Shown piece by piece: positions 47,902 through 57,134 of a stretch of DNA of 64,000 nucleotides (position 1 is its first letter; each line of letters opens with the position of its first letter). The stretch covers positions 96,001 through 160,000 of IMG/VR virus record IMGVR_UViG_3300037507_003370; one strand, given 5' to 3'. Source of the DNA: a virus. Its lineage: Duplodnaviria > Caudoviricetes. The position numbers were made by a program, and so were the translations under genes. Below the pieces are notes generated by a model. The model saw only the letters and a list, made by a program, of their open reading frames with translations, ran no database searches and was not told the DNA's origin.

Positions 47902-48219
47902 TTAGTGTAAAATTCTATTTTCTAGAGCTTCTAAAGTTTTACTTAGAGTTGCTATTTGAATTTTTAATTCATTCATGACATCTGAATTGCGTTGAAGAGC
48001 AGCAGAGAACGTAGCCTGAGTTTCTTTATTAGTATTGAGTCTTTCCATAATAAATTGTTTGTCATTAATATAGGGAGATTGTGTTTCAATCATATGTAAT
48101 ACTTCTGATTTAGTTGCCATGTTCCTTCCTATAGTTACCCAAAAACCAAGCATTGTAACTATTACTCCAATGCATGTTGTGGCAATATTTTCCCAGAAAT
48201 GTATAATTGTATCGCTCAT
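47902..48219 (-). CDS. Single-TM coiled-coil protein (holin/antiholin-like architecture)
   Basis: IATTCIGVIVTMLGFWVTI followed by a heptad-rich C-terminus; GGAG SD. Confidence 0.6.
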   Translation of the reverse strand: MSDTIIHFWENIATTCIGVIVTMLGFWVTIGRNMATKSEVLHMIETQSPYINDKQFIMERLNTNKETQATFSAALQRNSDVMNELKIQIATLSKTLEALENRILH

Positions 48220-48309
48220 TTTTTTATCTCCGTAAATTAAATAAGCCAACGAAAATATCATTGGCTTATTTTTGTTTATGAACTTAAATAATAATTATAA
48301 TGGTAATTA

Positions 48310-48834
48310 TCAGCCTGTTTTAGCTTCATAGCTTTTTTGAACTGGTGTTTTACCAACAAGATAAGCCAATGTGCCAGGAGATGATCTGCTAACAGTAGCA
48401 GCTTCGTCTGTATAGAATGTATCAACAGCAACAGTTGGGGCTGAGCTAAAGGTACCAGAATAAATATTCCAATTACCAGCTCTTATCGCTGTTGTGAGTC
48501 TACGAGTTCTAATACTATTGATATAGTGAATACCAGTTGTTAAGCTTGGGACTGATGCTCCACTGAGTAATTTTGTGTTAGCTAATCCAGCCAACACTGT
48601 TGAACTACGTACTGCGATTGGCTCAAGATTATTGTATGCAAAAACACCAGAATTATTTGCTGGATCTGTGTTAGTTCCATTCACAACTGTTGAGCCAAAA
48701 GCACTGAATACAGTTCTGCCTAATGAAATACCATCTAATTGTGTTGATTTGGATCCAGCATTAACAGACGAACCACCATTATTTTTGGTTGATACTGCTG
48801 TTACTGCGGAGCCGCCTTGTTGAATTGTGGCCAT
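48310..48834 (-). CDS. Ala/Thr/Ser/Gly-rich protein, possibly virion structural
   Basis: Small-residue-rich 174-aa ORF with GGAG SD. Confidence 0.6.
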   Translation of the reverse strand: MATIQQGGSAVTAVSTKNNGGSSVNAGSKSTQLDGISLGRTVFSAFGSTVVNGTNTDPANNSGVFAYNNLEPIAVRSSTVLAGLANTKLLSGASVPSLTTGIHYINSIRTRRLTTAIRAGNWNIYSGTFSSAPTVAVDTFYTDEAATVSRSSPGTLAYLVGKTPVQKSYEAKTG

Positions 48835-48884
48835 TTTTTATCTCCAGATGAAATGGGATACTAAAGTAATATTACTAATGTAGT

Positions 48885-48892
48885 AATACCCC
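48885..48892 (-). promoter_or_regulatory. GG(T/G)GTATT motif, candidate phage-sigma promoter
   Basis: Intergenic GGGGTATTAC upstream of 48834. Confidence 0.45.
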
Positions 48893-48906
48893 TAATATAG
48901 ATTATT

Positions 48907-49554
48907 TTACAAGATTTTTTGAATTAGGTCTAGTCCATTGATGGAAAATAACTTAATTCCGTGTAAATTGGCCTTTTCTATAGTTCTTATATGAGATTCA
49001 AGCCATATATTACCATTGCATATTATTTTTATGTCTGGAACTTTTTTATTGATTAATGCTGAGGCTAATATATTATCATTAATATCGTCTAAAGAATGAC
49101 CAGAGGATGGATATACAGTAGATATCCCATGATCAAGAAGGATTTGGCATACCTTGTACAATAATTCATATGTATATATGCGATACTCTAATATATATCT
49201 AAGTTCTACATTATTTTCTAAACATAAGCCTAAACATTCCTTGATATCTTCTTTAAATTTATCATATTTTCTATTACATAATGAGTGTGAAGGTAATAGT
49301 AATTCTATAATATTGGCTCCATTTTTAATGGATGAACTTATAGAAGATAGTCTGGACCTAAGATCTAGAGTTCCAAGAGGGTAGTCGATAGGACAAGATA
49401 ATTTTATTGAATCTGGTATATTTAATTTAGCTAATTTTAAATATGCTGGCAAAACAGATATGACATTAACGCGACTTTTTGCAGCTATTAATATGTTATT
49501 TTTTGTTTCTAATTCATTGCTTGATGTGTCATAGTAGCCATATTCTATATTCAT
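48907..49554 (-). CDS. Deoxyribose-phosphate aldolase (DeoC)-like TIM barrel lacking the catalytic lysines
   Basis: IDYPLG, GANIIELLL, ILEY; TVYPSSG in place of FVKTSTG. Confidence 0.7.
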   Translation of the reverse strand: MNIEYGYYDTSSNELETKNNILIAAKSRVNVISVLPAYLKLAKLNIPDSIKLSCPIDYPLGTLDLRSRLSSISSSIKNGANIIELLLPSHSLCNRKYDKFKEDIKECLGLCLENNVELRYILEYRIYTYELLYKVCQILLDHGISTVYPSSGHSLDDINDNILASALINKKVPDIKIICNGNIWLESHIRTIEKANLHGIKLFSINGLDLIQKIL

Positions 49555-49556
49555 AG

Positions 49557-50237
49557 TTATTTTTTCTTAACTAGATTTTTTAAACTATCTATATTAGGGT
49601 ATTCTTTTGTACATAATACACCATCCGCAAACCCATAATCAACAGCTTCTTTTGCGGATAATATCCAATCACATCTGTTTGCTAATTGAGATTGAATATG
49701 TTTTTTCGCCATCATTTTTTTCCAATTTTTATCTTTTGCCATATCGCTATTCATGCACCTTTCAACATATATATCAATCATCTTATCACATTCTTTTTCA
49801 TTCCATTGAACACTTTCTGCCGCCGCTTTACTATGTTCGCTATCTAGGCTTATAGATCCATAATGTATCAATACATTCACATTTGGCATTAGTACTCTTA
49901 AGTCTGGCGCTTGTAAAATAATACTACTAGCAGACTGAGCTTTTGCGTAAGCTAAGATTATAGTTTTAGATTTTGATTCTTTGATCGTATCGTAAATACC
50001 TAAACAATCCTCCCAGTCTCCTCCTGGGATATGCATATGAATTAGAATAGGTTCATTTGAAAGTTGATTTAAGTATCTCATATTTTTTTCAAATACTATA
50101 GCAGACTTAAAATTAACCTCTTCGTTATCACTTTCATTTAGATCAGAATGGAGATATAATTCTCTATTTTTTAGATCTAGTCCATATGTATGAATACAGT
50201 ATAGGTCATGCTCTATAGAATTATTGGCTCGTGGCAT
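49557..50237 (-). CDS. ClpP-like serine protease subunit
   Basis: AQSASSII (Ser), LIHYG (His), DWILSAKEAVDYGFAD (Asp). Confidence 0.8.
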   Translation of the reverse strand: MPRANNSIEHDLYCIHTYGLDLKNRELYLHSDLNESDNEEVNFKSAIVFEKNMRYLNQLSNEPILIHMHIPGGDWEDCLGIYDTIKESKSKTIILAYAKAQSASSIILQAPDLRVLMPNVNVLIHYGSISLDSEHSKAAAESVQWNEKECDKMIDIYVERCMNSDMAKDKNWKKMMAKKHIQSQLANRCDWILSAKEAVDYGFADGVLCTKEYPNIDSLKNLVKKK

Positions 50238-50239
50238 TG

Positions 50240-50689
50240 CTATTCCTCTAGATGAGAATAAATGGAGGAAGAGACTTTGTTCATAACCTCTCCACTATTG
50301 AATATTTTACCAATAGCGATTCTAAATCTATATCTAGTGAATATATCTAAGGTTTCTACTCCATCTACAGATTCTATAATATTAGCGATATTAGGAGTAA
50401 TAGAAAAATTTGTATGTCCTGTCCAGAAATTAAAAATTTTACTAGATGCTGTATATTCGTTAATAGGAACTATACCCATTGGAGTAGATATAACTTTGAT
50501 CTGAGTATTTTTTTGTTGATTAATTTCTTTTTTTATCATATTATCAAATATTTCGCCAGGAATAATGTCTTCGTCTTCGTAATTACTTTCTTCGCCTTCA
50601 TCATCTATTTGGTCAAAAGTATCTTCTTCTTCACCAAAAAATGGATCGACCCATTTTTCCCACACTATTATTTTTTTTGAAATAGACAT
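50240..50689 (-). CDS. Hypothetical protein with acidic N-terminus
   Basis: 149-aa ORF; GGAGAG SD. Confidence 0.7.
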   Translation of the reverse strand: MSISKKIIVWEKWVDPFFGEEEDTFDQIDDEGEESNYEDEDIIPGEIFDNMIKKEINQQKNTQIKVISTPMGIVPINEYTASSKIFNFWTGHTNFSITPNIANIIESVDGVETLDIFTRYRFRIAIGKIFNSGEVMNKVSSSIYSHLEE

Positions 50690-50715
50690 TGCAGCTCTCC
50701 GTTCTATATTATTAT

Positions 50716-50723
50716 AATACCCC
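50716..50723 (-). promoter_or_regulatory. GG(T/G)GTATT motif, candidate phage-sigma promoter
   Basis: Intergenic GGGGTATTATAAT upstream of 50689. Confidence 0.5.
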
Positions 50724-50726
50724 GAG

Positions 50727-51140
50727 CTACTTCTGTCTTGCGATAGAAAATACCTGAGACGGTTTAATAATAGGCTGATTTTGATTGTTGGTAATATTAT
50801 TCCTCTTTTCTTGCTCTATAAGAACCAAATTAAATATTAGATTTTCATAAAAAAGAGTATCTTCTGGACTAGAAGAATTAGATTTTATTATAGACAAAAT
50901 TTCTTCTCTCATTTTTGAATTAATGGTCATATATAAAAACTTAGCGAAAGTTTGCGATAATGATTCTATATTTGCAAAATCGCTAAATTCTGGAAAAAGA
51001 CAAGAAACATTTATTTTAGACTCTTCATCAATCTCAAATCTAATTGAACCTAAAATTTTTTGAGGCTCTTTATTTTTTACAAAAAAGAATGATGAAATTT
51101 TCTTAAAATAGATTTGTACATAGCTAATATATTTTTTCAT
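50727..51140 (-). CDS. Hypothetical protein
   Basis: 137-aa coupled ORF. Confidence 0.6.
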   Translation of the reverse strand: MKKYISYVQIYFKKISSFFFVKNKEPQKILGSIRFEIDEESKINVSCLFPEFSDFANIESLSQTFAKFLYMTINSKMREEILSIIKSNSSSPEDTLFYENLIFNLVLIEQEKRNNITNNQNQPIIKPSQVFSIARQK

Positions 51141-51481
51141 AGAATGTACATTGCTCTAGTGAAAAATCTATCATGAATTATTTTTTTGCTTTTAATTAAA
51201 TTACCAGAGAGAATATTTTTTTCATATTCTTTAGGAATCATTCCAATAAAATAAATATGATTTTCATTATCTATATTACGAACATCATATAACTTGAGCT
51301 CTAACCAATCAATATTAACGTATAAATATTTTTTTACTAATTCTGATAGATTCTCTTTTATGGGCTTTGATGTATCATTATCAATATCTGGTACAACTAG
51401 CTCTGCCTCATCTAATGATAATATATATGATTCATTATTCTGAATATCATATGACATTATAATTAATTTTAATTTATTCAT
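51137..51481 (-). CDS. Hypothetical protein
   Basis: 114-aa coupled ORF. Confidence 0.6.
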   Translation of the reverse strand: MNKLKLIIMSYDIQNNESYILSLDEAELVVPDIDNDTSKPIKENLSELVKKYLYVNIDWLELKLYDVRNIDNENHIYFIGMIPKEYEKNILSGNLIKSKKIIHDRFFTRAMYIL

Positions 51482-52070
51482 ACGTCTTGATTAGTCCTAT
51501 CGCTTTTTTGATATTTTGCCTTATGGCTTCTCTGGTAACTCCGTATATTTTCCCAATTTCATTTAGAGTGAGATTTTCAAAATAATATAGCTTTATTTGT
51601 TCTTTTTGCTTATCACTCAATATATCAGAAGACAATAAAGTATCTATGCACTCAGTAACTGATCCATCCTCTTCTTTTTGTATTAGAATATCTAGCGGGT
51701 CTTGAGCATCACAAGGAATATTACTATAATAGCTTTTTTCAGTAATGTTATCGTCGCTAAAATCTAGTGAGTAGTGTTTATGCTTTGGCGATTTATTGTA
51801 TTTTTTAGTAATATATGTTTGTATAGCCCATATTGCGCATTGGTTTCTATAAGCATACTTACTTTTATGTTGTCCTGTTTTGCCTGTTCTATTTGCATCC
51901 CATTTCCAGTCTGCTTGCATAATGGCTGTAGCAACATCAGATATAGCGTCTTCGTTGGTTAGCATTTCTTTTCTTAAAGATTCATAGAACTTACCAGCAA
52001 ATTTTGATATGGTCTTTTTTGCTAAAGTCATATATGTAGACAGACTTTCAAACTCAATCGTATTTTCCAT
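51474..52070 (-). CDS. Sigma-70-family RNA polymerase sigma factor
   Basis: Region 4 LSDKQKEQIKLYYFENLTLNEIGKIYGVTREAIRQ; region-2-like AIMQADWKWD...YAY..AIWAI. Confidence 0.75.
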   Translation of the reverse strand: MENTIEFESLSTYMTLAKKTISKFAGKFYESLRKEMLTNEDAISDVATAIMQADWKWDANRTGKTGQHKSKYAYRNQCAIWAIQTYITKKYNKSPKHKHYSLDFSDDNITEKSYYSNIPCDAQDPLDILIQKEEDGSVTECIDTLLSSDILSDKQKEQIKLYYFENLTLNEIGKIYGVTREAIRQNIKKAIGLIKTYE

Positions 52071-52104
52071 CCTAAAGCTCCTAGTTAAATTATGTTAAAA
52101 TCAA

Positions 52105-52602
52105 TTATTTAGTCAATTTTTTCCACTGATCTGAATCTGGACGATCTTTATCTCCAGGTTTTGCTGGACGATAATTTTTACCTTCTTTTTCTCTTTTTTT
52201 GCGAATGTTTTCCCAAAGTCCAGGCTTGTCCGCTGATGATATTTTATCGGCAGACTCGGTGACGTACATGATAAAATCATGGATCGTTCTCATATAGTCC
52301 TCTGTGATAGCGATTTTACCTTGTAGCCAGCTTTCTGTCAAGTTTTCTTTAATAGATGGGCTATCTAATGAATTTAGAATATTTTGAGCATGATTAGCAA
52401 TTGCTCTTAGAGACCCAACACTCATTTCATAGAAATCATTTTTATATTCCATCATTTCCATTTCTGGAGACTCTTCTTCAACATCTTCAATTTTTGTAAA
52501 ATCTGTTTCCTCTTCCGAGTTAGACTTATTTATAGGAGCTTTTTGTGCAGCTTCTGTTACGTTTTCTGTTATTGAATTCAACAAGTCATATATTCTATCC
52601 AT
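52105..52602 (-). CDS. Hypothetical protein with short phage-type motifs
   Basis: ESWLQGKIAITEDYM and KPGLWENIRKKRE...RP. Confidence 0.7.
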   Translation of the reverse strand: MDRIYDLLNSITENVTEAAQKAPINKSNSEEETDFTKIEDVEEESPEMEMMEYKNDFYEMSVGSLRAIANHAQNILNSLDSPSIKENLTESWLQGKIAITEDYMRTIHDFIMYVTESADKISSADKPGLWENIRKKREKEGKNYRPAKPGDKDRPDSDQWKKLTK

Positions 52603-52604
52603 TT

Positions 52605-53174
52605 TTACACCTGTAATGTTAGGAAGTTATCTATACCCATTTGTTCTATTAATTTAATATAGCTTTCATATAATTGAATACCATTTTCACTGCCTTGTAG
52701 AAGAGGAATCATAATTTGAGCTGTAAGTTCGTCCCCTATACTTCTAGCAGCTAATATTGTAGCTTTTTCTGTTTCAGCAGCTTCTTTAACTGATGCTAAA
52801 TTATATCGTATCATTGCTAACATATCATGGCGAGTCCAAGAAGGGGGACTAACAACTAAAGGTTGATAATCTATATCAAAGAACTCTAATCTTTTAAGAT
52901 TTTCTATAGAATGTTGATGCTCTTCTTCTGCATCTGCCTTGATAACAGCAGCTAATTTTTTATATCCCCATCTTTCCAAGTGAGCGGCTTGGGCTGTTAA
53001 TGATGTGGTCTGTTGCCAATGAATATTGAGAGATTTTTTAAGTAACTCTACCACATTCAGATTAGCTTGGCTAATATTAGTTTCTGTTGATGTTGACCCC
53101 TCTACAGTAATGGATTGATTTTTTAATAGTTCTTCTATAGATTGCATATTAGTTATTTCCTTTGAATTTACCAT
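52605..53174 (-). CDS. Bacterioferritin-like four-helix bundle with altered ferroxidase centre
   Basis: HLERWGYKKLA, EEEHQH, LIEQMGIDNFL align by eye to Bfr. Confidence 0.75.
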   Translation of the reverse strand: MVNSKEITNMQSIEELLKNQSITVEGSTSTETNISQANLNVVELLKKSLNIHWQQTTSLTAQAAHLERWGYKKLAAVIKADAEEEHQHSIENLKRLEFFDIDYQPLVVSPPSWTRHDMLAMIRYNLASVKEAAETEKATILAARSIGDELTAQIMIPLLQGSENGIQLYESYIKLIEQMGIDNFLTLQV

Positions 53175-53680
53175 GCTTTACAGGACCAGTAACGAGCTTT
53201 CCATTTAGGACCAGGATTATCACAATTATGTCTTGCTCTAAAACTTTTACGCCTTTCGGGAATGTTCTTTTTTATTTTCATATTAGGATCGCCAAAATTA
53301 ACTTTGACTACATTTCCTTTTTCGTTCTTTACATATACGCTAAATTTTTTGGGGCCATCAGGCGTTCTAAATGGTTTGTTTAGAGTAACTTTTCTTCCAT
53401 TTTTTTCAGCTGCAATAATCTTACCATCCTCATCGATAATTTCTGATGCTTCTATTTCTATTACAAATTCATCCCACTCATCATCCCAAGAGTAATTATT
53501 AGCTAGCAATTCGTTATGAACTTGCTCTATAAGAGAAGATCCTTTTGTTTTTGTTTGAGATAGACACACAGCGACTCTTTGTTTTGTGTCTTCGTAGTCT
53601 TTTTTCATCACTTCATCGCTCATGCATCTTGAAACGAACTTTTGATTATCTTCATTTTTTTCTGGTTTAGGAATAGGCAT
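53168..53680 (-). CDS. Two-domain phage protein with DUF6321-like C-terminus
   Basis: N-terminal MPIPKP...FVSRCM...AVC; C-terminal VNFGDP...RRKSFRARHNC...ARYWSCKAW. Confidence 0.7.
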   Translation of the reverse strand: MPIPKPEKNEDNQKFVSRCMSDEVMKKDYEDTKQRVAVCLSQTKTKGSSLIEQVHNELLANNYSWDDEWDEFVIEIEASEIIDEDGKIIAAEKNGRKVTLNKPFRTPDGPKKFSVYVKNEKGNVVKVNFGDPNMKIKKNIPERRKSFRARHNCDNPGPKWKARYWSCKAW

Positions 53681-53691
53681 AGTATTTCTCC

Positions 53692-54765
53692 TTACTTTGA
53701 TATACACTGAATCAAAGCATCAGTGGCATTGCTCCACGATAACTTTTCGGCCATTTCTAAACCATTTGGATTAGTATTTATTCTATTTTTATAGGCATAT
53801 CTCATAAATTCTTTGAATTGATCAATTTCTTTATCTCCTATTTTTGCCCATTTTCCAAAATTTCTAAAGTATTTATTATCATTGGCCAATTCTAAATCTG
53901 TTATTTCAACAAGAAAAGAATTTTTTTCATTACAAAAAGCGGTATGGGCTGAATAATTAGTTGTTATGACTGGCTTATTCATAGCCATCATTTCAAGTAA
54001 CTCCAAATTCCAGCCTTCTGCTCTTGATGGAAATATCCCACAATCTGCATAACTCATTAATTGAGCAACTTCTTCTTGAGTATTAAGCCTTGGAAATATT
54101 TTAATTTTATCTTTAAGCTTACTATTCATATATAATGAATGCCAGTATTCTAATTCCTGAGAACTAAAAGCAGCTTCTGAAGATGATCCATTTATCCATA
54201 GCTCTACATCATCTTCCTCTGAAAATGTTTCATTAAATAAATTAATTAATATATCATGTCCTTTTCTTATTTCCCATTTTCCTATATTCATAAATACATA
54301 TTTTTTAGGATCTTTTAGCGACGGCTTAATTGTATGATCAAATAAACTTACATTAACGCCTAAAGGAACAATATCTATAGTTTTATTTATTCCATTACTT
54401 TCTAATACTTTCTTTGCCCATTCACATGTAACTATAATATGATCTGTACTATTTAGATGATGAATTTCTTTTTTTGTTAAATCTGTTAGTTCAAAAAATG
54501 GAAATGCAAAAAATTTACCAGTACCTATTCTAGCACCCAAATCAAATTGATGCCATATTTTTAAACACGGAGCATCTTTATCAAAATCTTCTTGTTTTTC
54601 AAAACTTTTGAAACAAGCGGCCGCATCATCTTGGTTTTCAGCATTAATCTGTCCCATTGGGAAAAGGGTGACATTATGTTGCTTATCATAAAGTTGCTTT
54701 AGGAAATTAATGCCAGCAACGCCATATCCAGTATATCCTATTGCAGAGAAAAAGTTGATATTCAT
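53692..54765 (-). CDS. GT4-family glycosyltransferase
   Basis: NIGKWEIRKGHD, DCGIFPSRAEGWNLELLEMMAMNKPVI. Confidence 0.88.
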   Translation of the reverse strand: MNINFFSAIGYTGYGVAGINFLKQLYDKQHNVTLFPMGQINAENQDDAAACFKSFEKQEDFDKDAPCLKIWHQFDLGARIGTGKFFAFPFFELTDLTKKEIHHLNSTDHIIVTCEWAKKVLESNGINKTIDIVPLGVNVSLFDHTIKPSLKDPKKYVFMNIGKWEIRKGHDILINLFNETFSEEDDVELWINGSSSEAAFSSQELEYWHSLYMNSKLKDKIKIFPRLNTQEEVAQLMSYADCGIFPSRAEGWNLELLEMMAMNKPVITTNYSAHTAFCNEKNSFLVEITDLELANDNKYFRNFGKWAKIGDKEIDQFKEFMRYAYKNRINTNPNGLEMAEKLSWSNATDALIQCISK

Positions 54766-55880
54766 TTTTCATATATCCTATTGTGGGTGTTGTTTACTTG
54801 TATAAATGTCGTTTTTTTGCCGAAATCTTTTATTTTATTTGCTCCTATATATGTGCAGGCGCTTCGTATTCCTCCACAAATATCTTGTACGATATCTTCA
54901 GCCGTTCCCTTATATGGAACTATGACGCATTTGCCTTCTGCTGTTCTGTATTTTGCTATTCCATTATGGTGTTTATCCATAGCATTTTTGCTACTCATCC
55001 CATAATATTGTAAAGATACTTTTCTTTTTTCAGTATTTGGGTCACCAGGATCGTATGGCTGATATCCTCCACTCCTCATTTTATATTCATATTTCCATTC
55101 TCCTTCACATTCATTTGCTCCAGCGAACATACTACCAAGCATAACAAAATCACTATTTGCTCCAAATGCTTTACAAATATCTCCTACTACTTTGCATCCA
55201 CCATCTGAACAGATATGTCCTCCAAGACCATGAGCAGCATCTGTACATTCCATTACAGCACTCAATTGAGGGTATCCAACGCCAGTTTTTAAACGAGTGG
55301 TACATACACTACCTGAACCTATACCAACCTTGACTATATCAACCTGACCATGAATTATTAATTCTTCTGTCATTTCTGGAGTAACAACATTTCCGGCCAT
55401 TATAACTGATTCTGGAAATAGTTTTCTTATATGAGCTGCTGTTTTTACAAATTGTTCAGTATATCCATTCGCAATATCTAAACATATATTTGGGCCTGGA
55501 CGATGTTTGCCTTCTGTCAGATGGTTATGAACGTAAGATAATTTTTCTAGATCTTTCTGTCCAGTTCCTATGGAATAGAAAACTAGGTCTTTATTAGGAA
55601 TATTGGGATCGCTATAAAAATCAATATATTTATCTGGTGAATAATGCTTATGTAAACAAGTTATGGCACTATGCTTGACTAGTGATTTAGCCATAGCAAA
55701 AGTTCCGACAGTATCCATATTAGCTACCATAATTGGTACTGCCAATAATTTTCTTGGAGAATATTTAAATTTAAATTCTCTATGAATACATACATCAGAT
55801 CTGCTATTGAGTGTGGATCTTTTAGGACGAATAAGAACATCGTCAAAATCTAGTTTAATTTCATTAATTATTTTTTGCAT
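54762..55880 (-). CDS. guaC: GMP reductase
   Basis: LDFDDVLIRPKRSTLNSR, ANMDTVG, DIANGY, KVGIGSGSVCTTR, RSACTYIGA. Confidence 0.93.
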   Translation of the reverse strand: MQKIINEIKLDFDDVLIRPKRSTLNSRSDVCIHREFKFKYSPRKLLAVPIMVANMDTVGTFAMAKSLVKHSAITCLHKHYSPDKYIDFYSDPNIPNKDLVFYSIGTGQKDLEKLSYVHNHLTEGKHRPGPNICLDIANGYTEQFVKTAAHIRKLFPESVIMAGNVVTPEMTEELIIHGQVDIVKVGIGSGSVCTTRLKTGVGYPQLSAVMECTDAAHGLGGHICSDGGCKVVGDICKAFGANSDFVMLGSMFAGANECEGEWKYEYKMRSGGYQPYDPGDPNTEKRKVSLQYYGMSSKNAMDKHHNGIAKYRTAEGKCVIVPYKGTAEDIVQDICGGIRSACTYIGANKIKDFGKKTTFIQVNNTHNRIYEK

Positions 55881-56598
55881 AGTTTTCCCAATTAATATTA
55901 TTATTTATGTCGTTAGAAGTATAAGTGGTTCTTTGATGATAAAAATGCCAGATAGGATCGGATACATATGTTCCGTTAGTATCTCCTATGTTCTGTACGC
56001 GAGAAATTAATGGCTTTATTTGTAGTAGTCTTTTGCCTCCACTAAACAAAGAATTATTCAAATGAGTGTCCCAAGAAATTCCTCCATTTCTTGGAGATAA
56101 TTGCTTCGTCCAATTGTCTTGAATAATTTTCCATTTATTTGACCAAAAGGCACAACCCCAAGCACAAAAGAATCTTTGAGAAATAACTTTATACGTGTCT
56201 GTTTCATTTATTTGTTCTGTTTTATTATATCCTGTGATAGAATAAACGTTTTCATCATTTTCATATTTCTCAAATACATACTTATAGTATTGTAATGAAT
56301 CCTTTGTAATAGGAGTATCATCTTCTATATGTAGAATATATGGAGAGTATTTAGAGTCAACAGCTCTTTGTATAGCCGATAAAGTATTACGATTACATCC
56401 TATTGGAGTGTAATTGATTTGCATATCTTTTTCTAATGTAAAATCATCAAATACGGATATTATTTCGTCAGAATAAAAATCAGCGCTTACGAAAAGTTTT
56501 ATATTTAGATTTGTAATATCACAAGATAGAATGCTGGATAGTACTTGTCGCAGCATTTCTTTTCTTCTAAAACAAGTGATAGATAATGCTATATTCAT
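55864..56598 (-). CDS. GT-A fold glycosyltransferase (GT2/GT13-like)
   Basis: HIEDD motif, FFCAWGCAFW, SRVQNIG. Confidence 0.75.
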   Translation of the reverse strand: MNIALSITCFRRKEMLRQVLSSILSCDITNLNIKLFVSADFYSDEIISVFDDFTLEKDMQINYTPIGCNRNTLSAIQRAVDSKYSPYILHIEDDTPITKDSLQYYKYVFEKYENDENVYSITGYNKTEQINETDTYKVISQRFFCAWGCAFWSNKWKIIQDNWTKQLSPRNGGISWDTHLNNSLFSGGKRLLQIKPLISRVQNIGDTNGTYVSDPIWHFYHQRTTYTSNDINNNINWENYAKNN

Positions 56599-57134
56599 AT
56601 ATTAAAGAAATACCATCTATTATGAGAATCTATATTTGCAGCAGTATCTATAGAATTCAGATAAGACTTAATCTCATCCCAAGAAGAAAAGATCATCATG
56701 TGCGGTATTGTTCCAAATAGCCAATCTGGAGTATTCTTTTTTCCTTGAACCATGTGTATTATGATTGGTTTTTTTTGACGATTTGCCCAAAAAATTTCTT
56801 CATATGTTCCACAGGGATGAACATCTAGATCAAGATTGACTATCAAGAAATCACTAATATCAACGAGTCTTAAATCAACTGATCGTATAGTTTTCATTAA
56901 CGAAGATAATTCATTATAGCTTTCTTGTAATTTTAATTGAGTTTTGAGTTTATGTGTCTCATTATCCTCTTGACCAAGAATGGTTGGTTTTTTTATCGGA
57001 TTAAAAACAACAACTCCGATTTCTTCTAAAAATGGAGTTATATTATCTCTCCATCCATTTCCTCTGTCTGGAACTCTATCCATAGCACCAGCAAGATAAA
57101 CTCTTTGATTTTTTAGTCTATTATTCATTTTCAA
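56595..57134 (-). CDS. Nucleoside 2'-deoxyribosyltransferase / nucleotide N-glycosidase-like protein
   Basis: VYLAGAM, VFNP, DLRLVDISDFLIV, GTYEEI (catalytic Glu), KKPII. Confidence 0.8.
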   Translation of the reverse strand: MKMNNRLKNQRVYLAGAMDRVPDRGNGWRDNITPFLEEIGVVVFNPIKKPTILGQEDNETHKLKTQLKLQESYNELSSLMKTIRSVDLRLVDISDFLIVNLDLDVHPCGTYEEIFWANRQKKPIIIHMVQGKKNTPDWLFGTIPHMMIFSSWDEIKSYLNSIDTAANIDSHNRWYFFNI

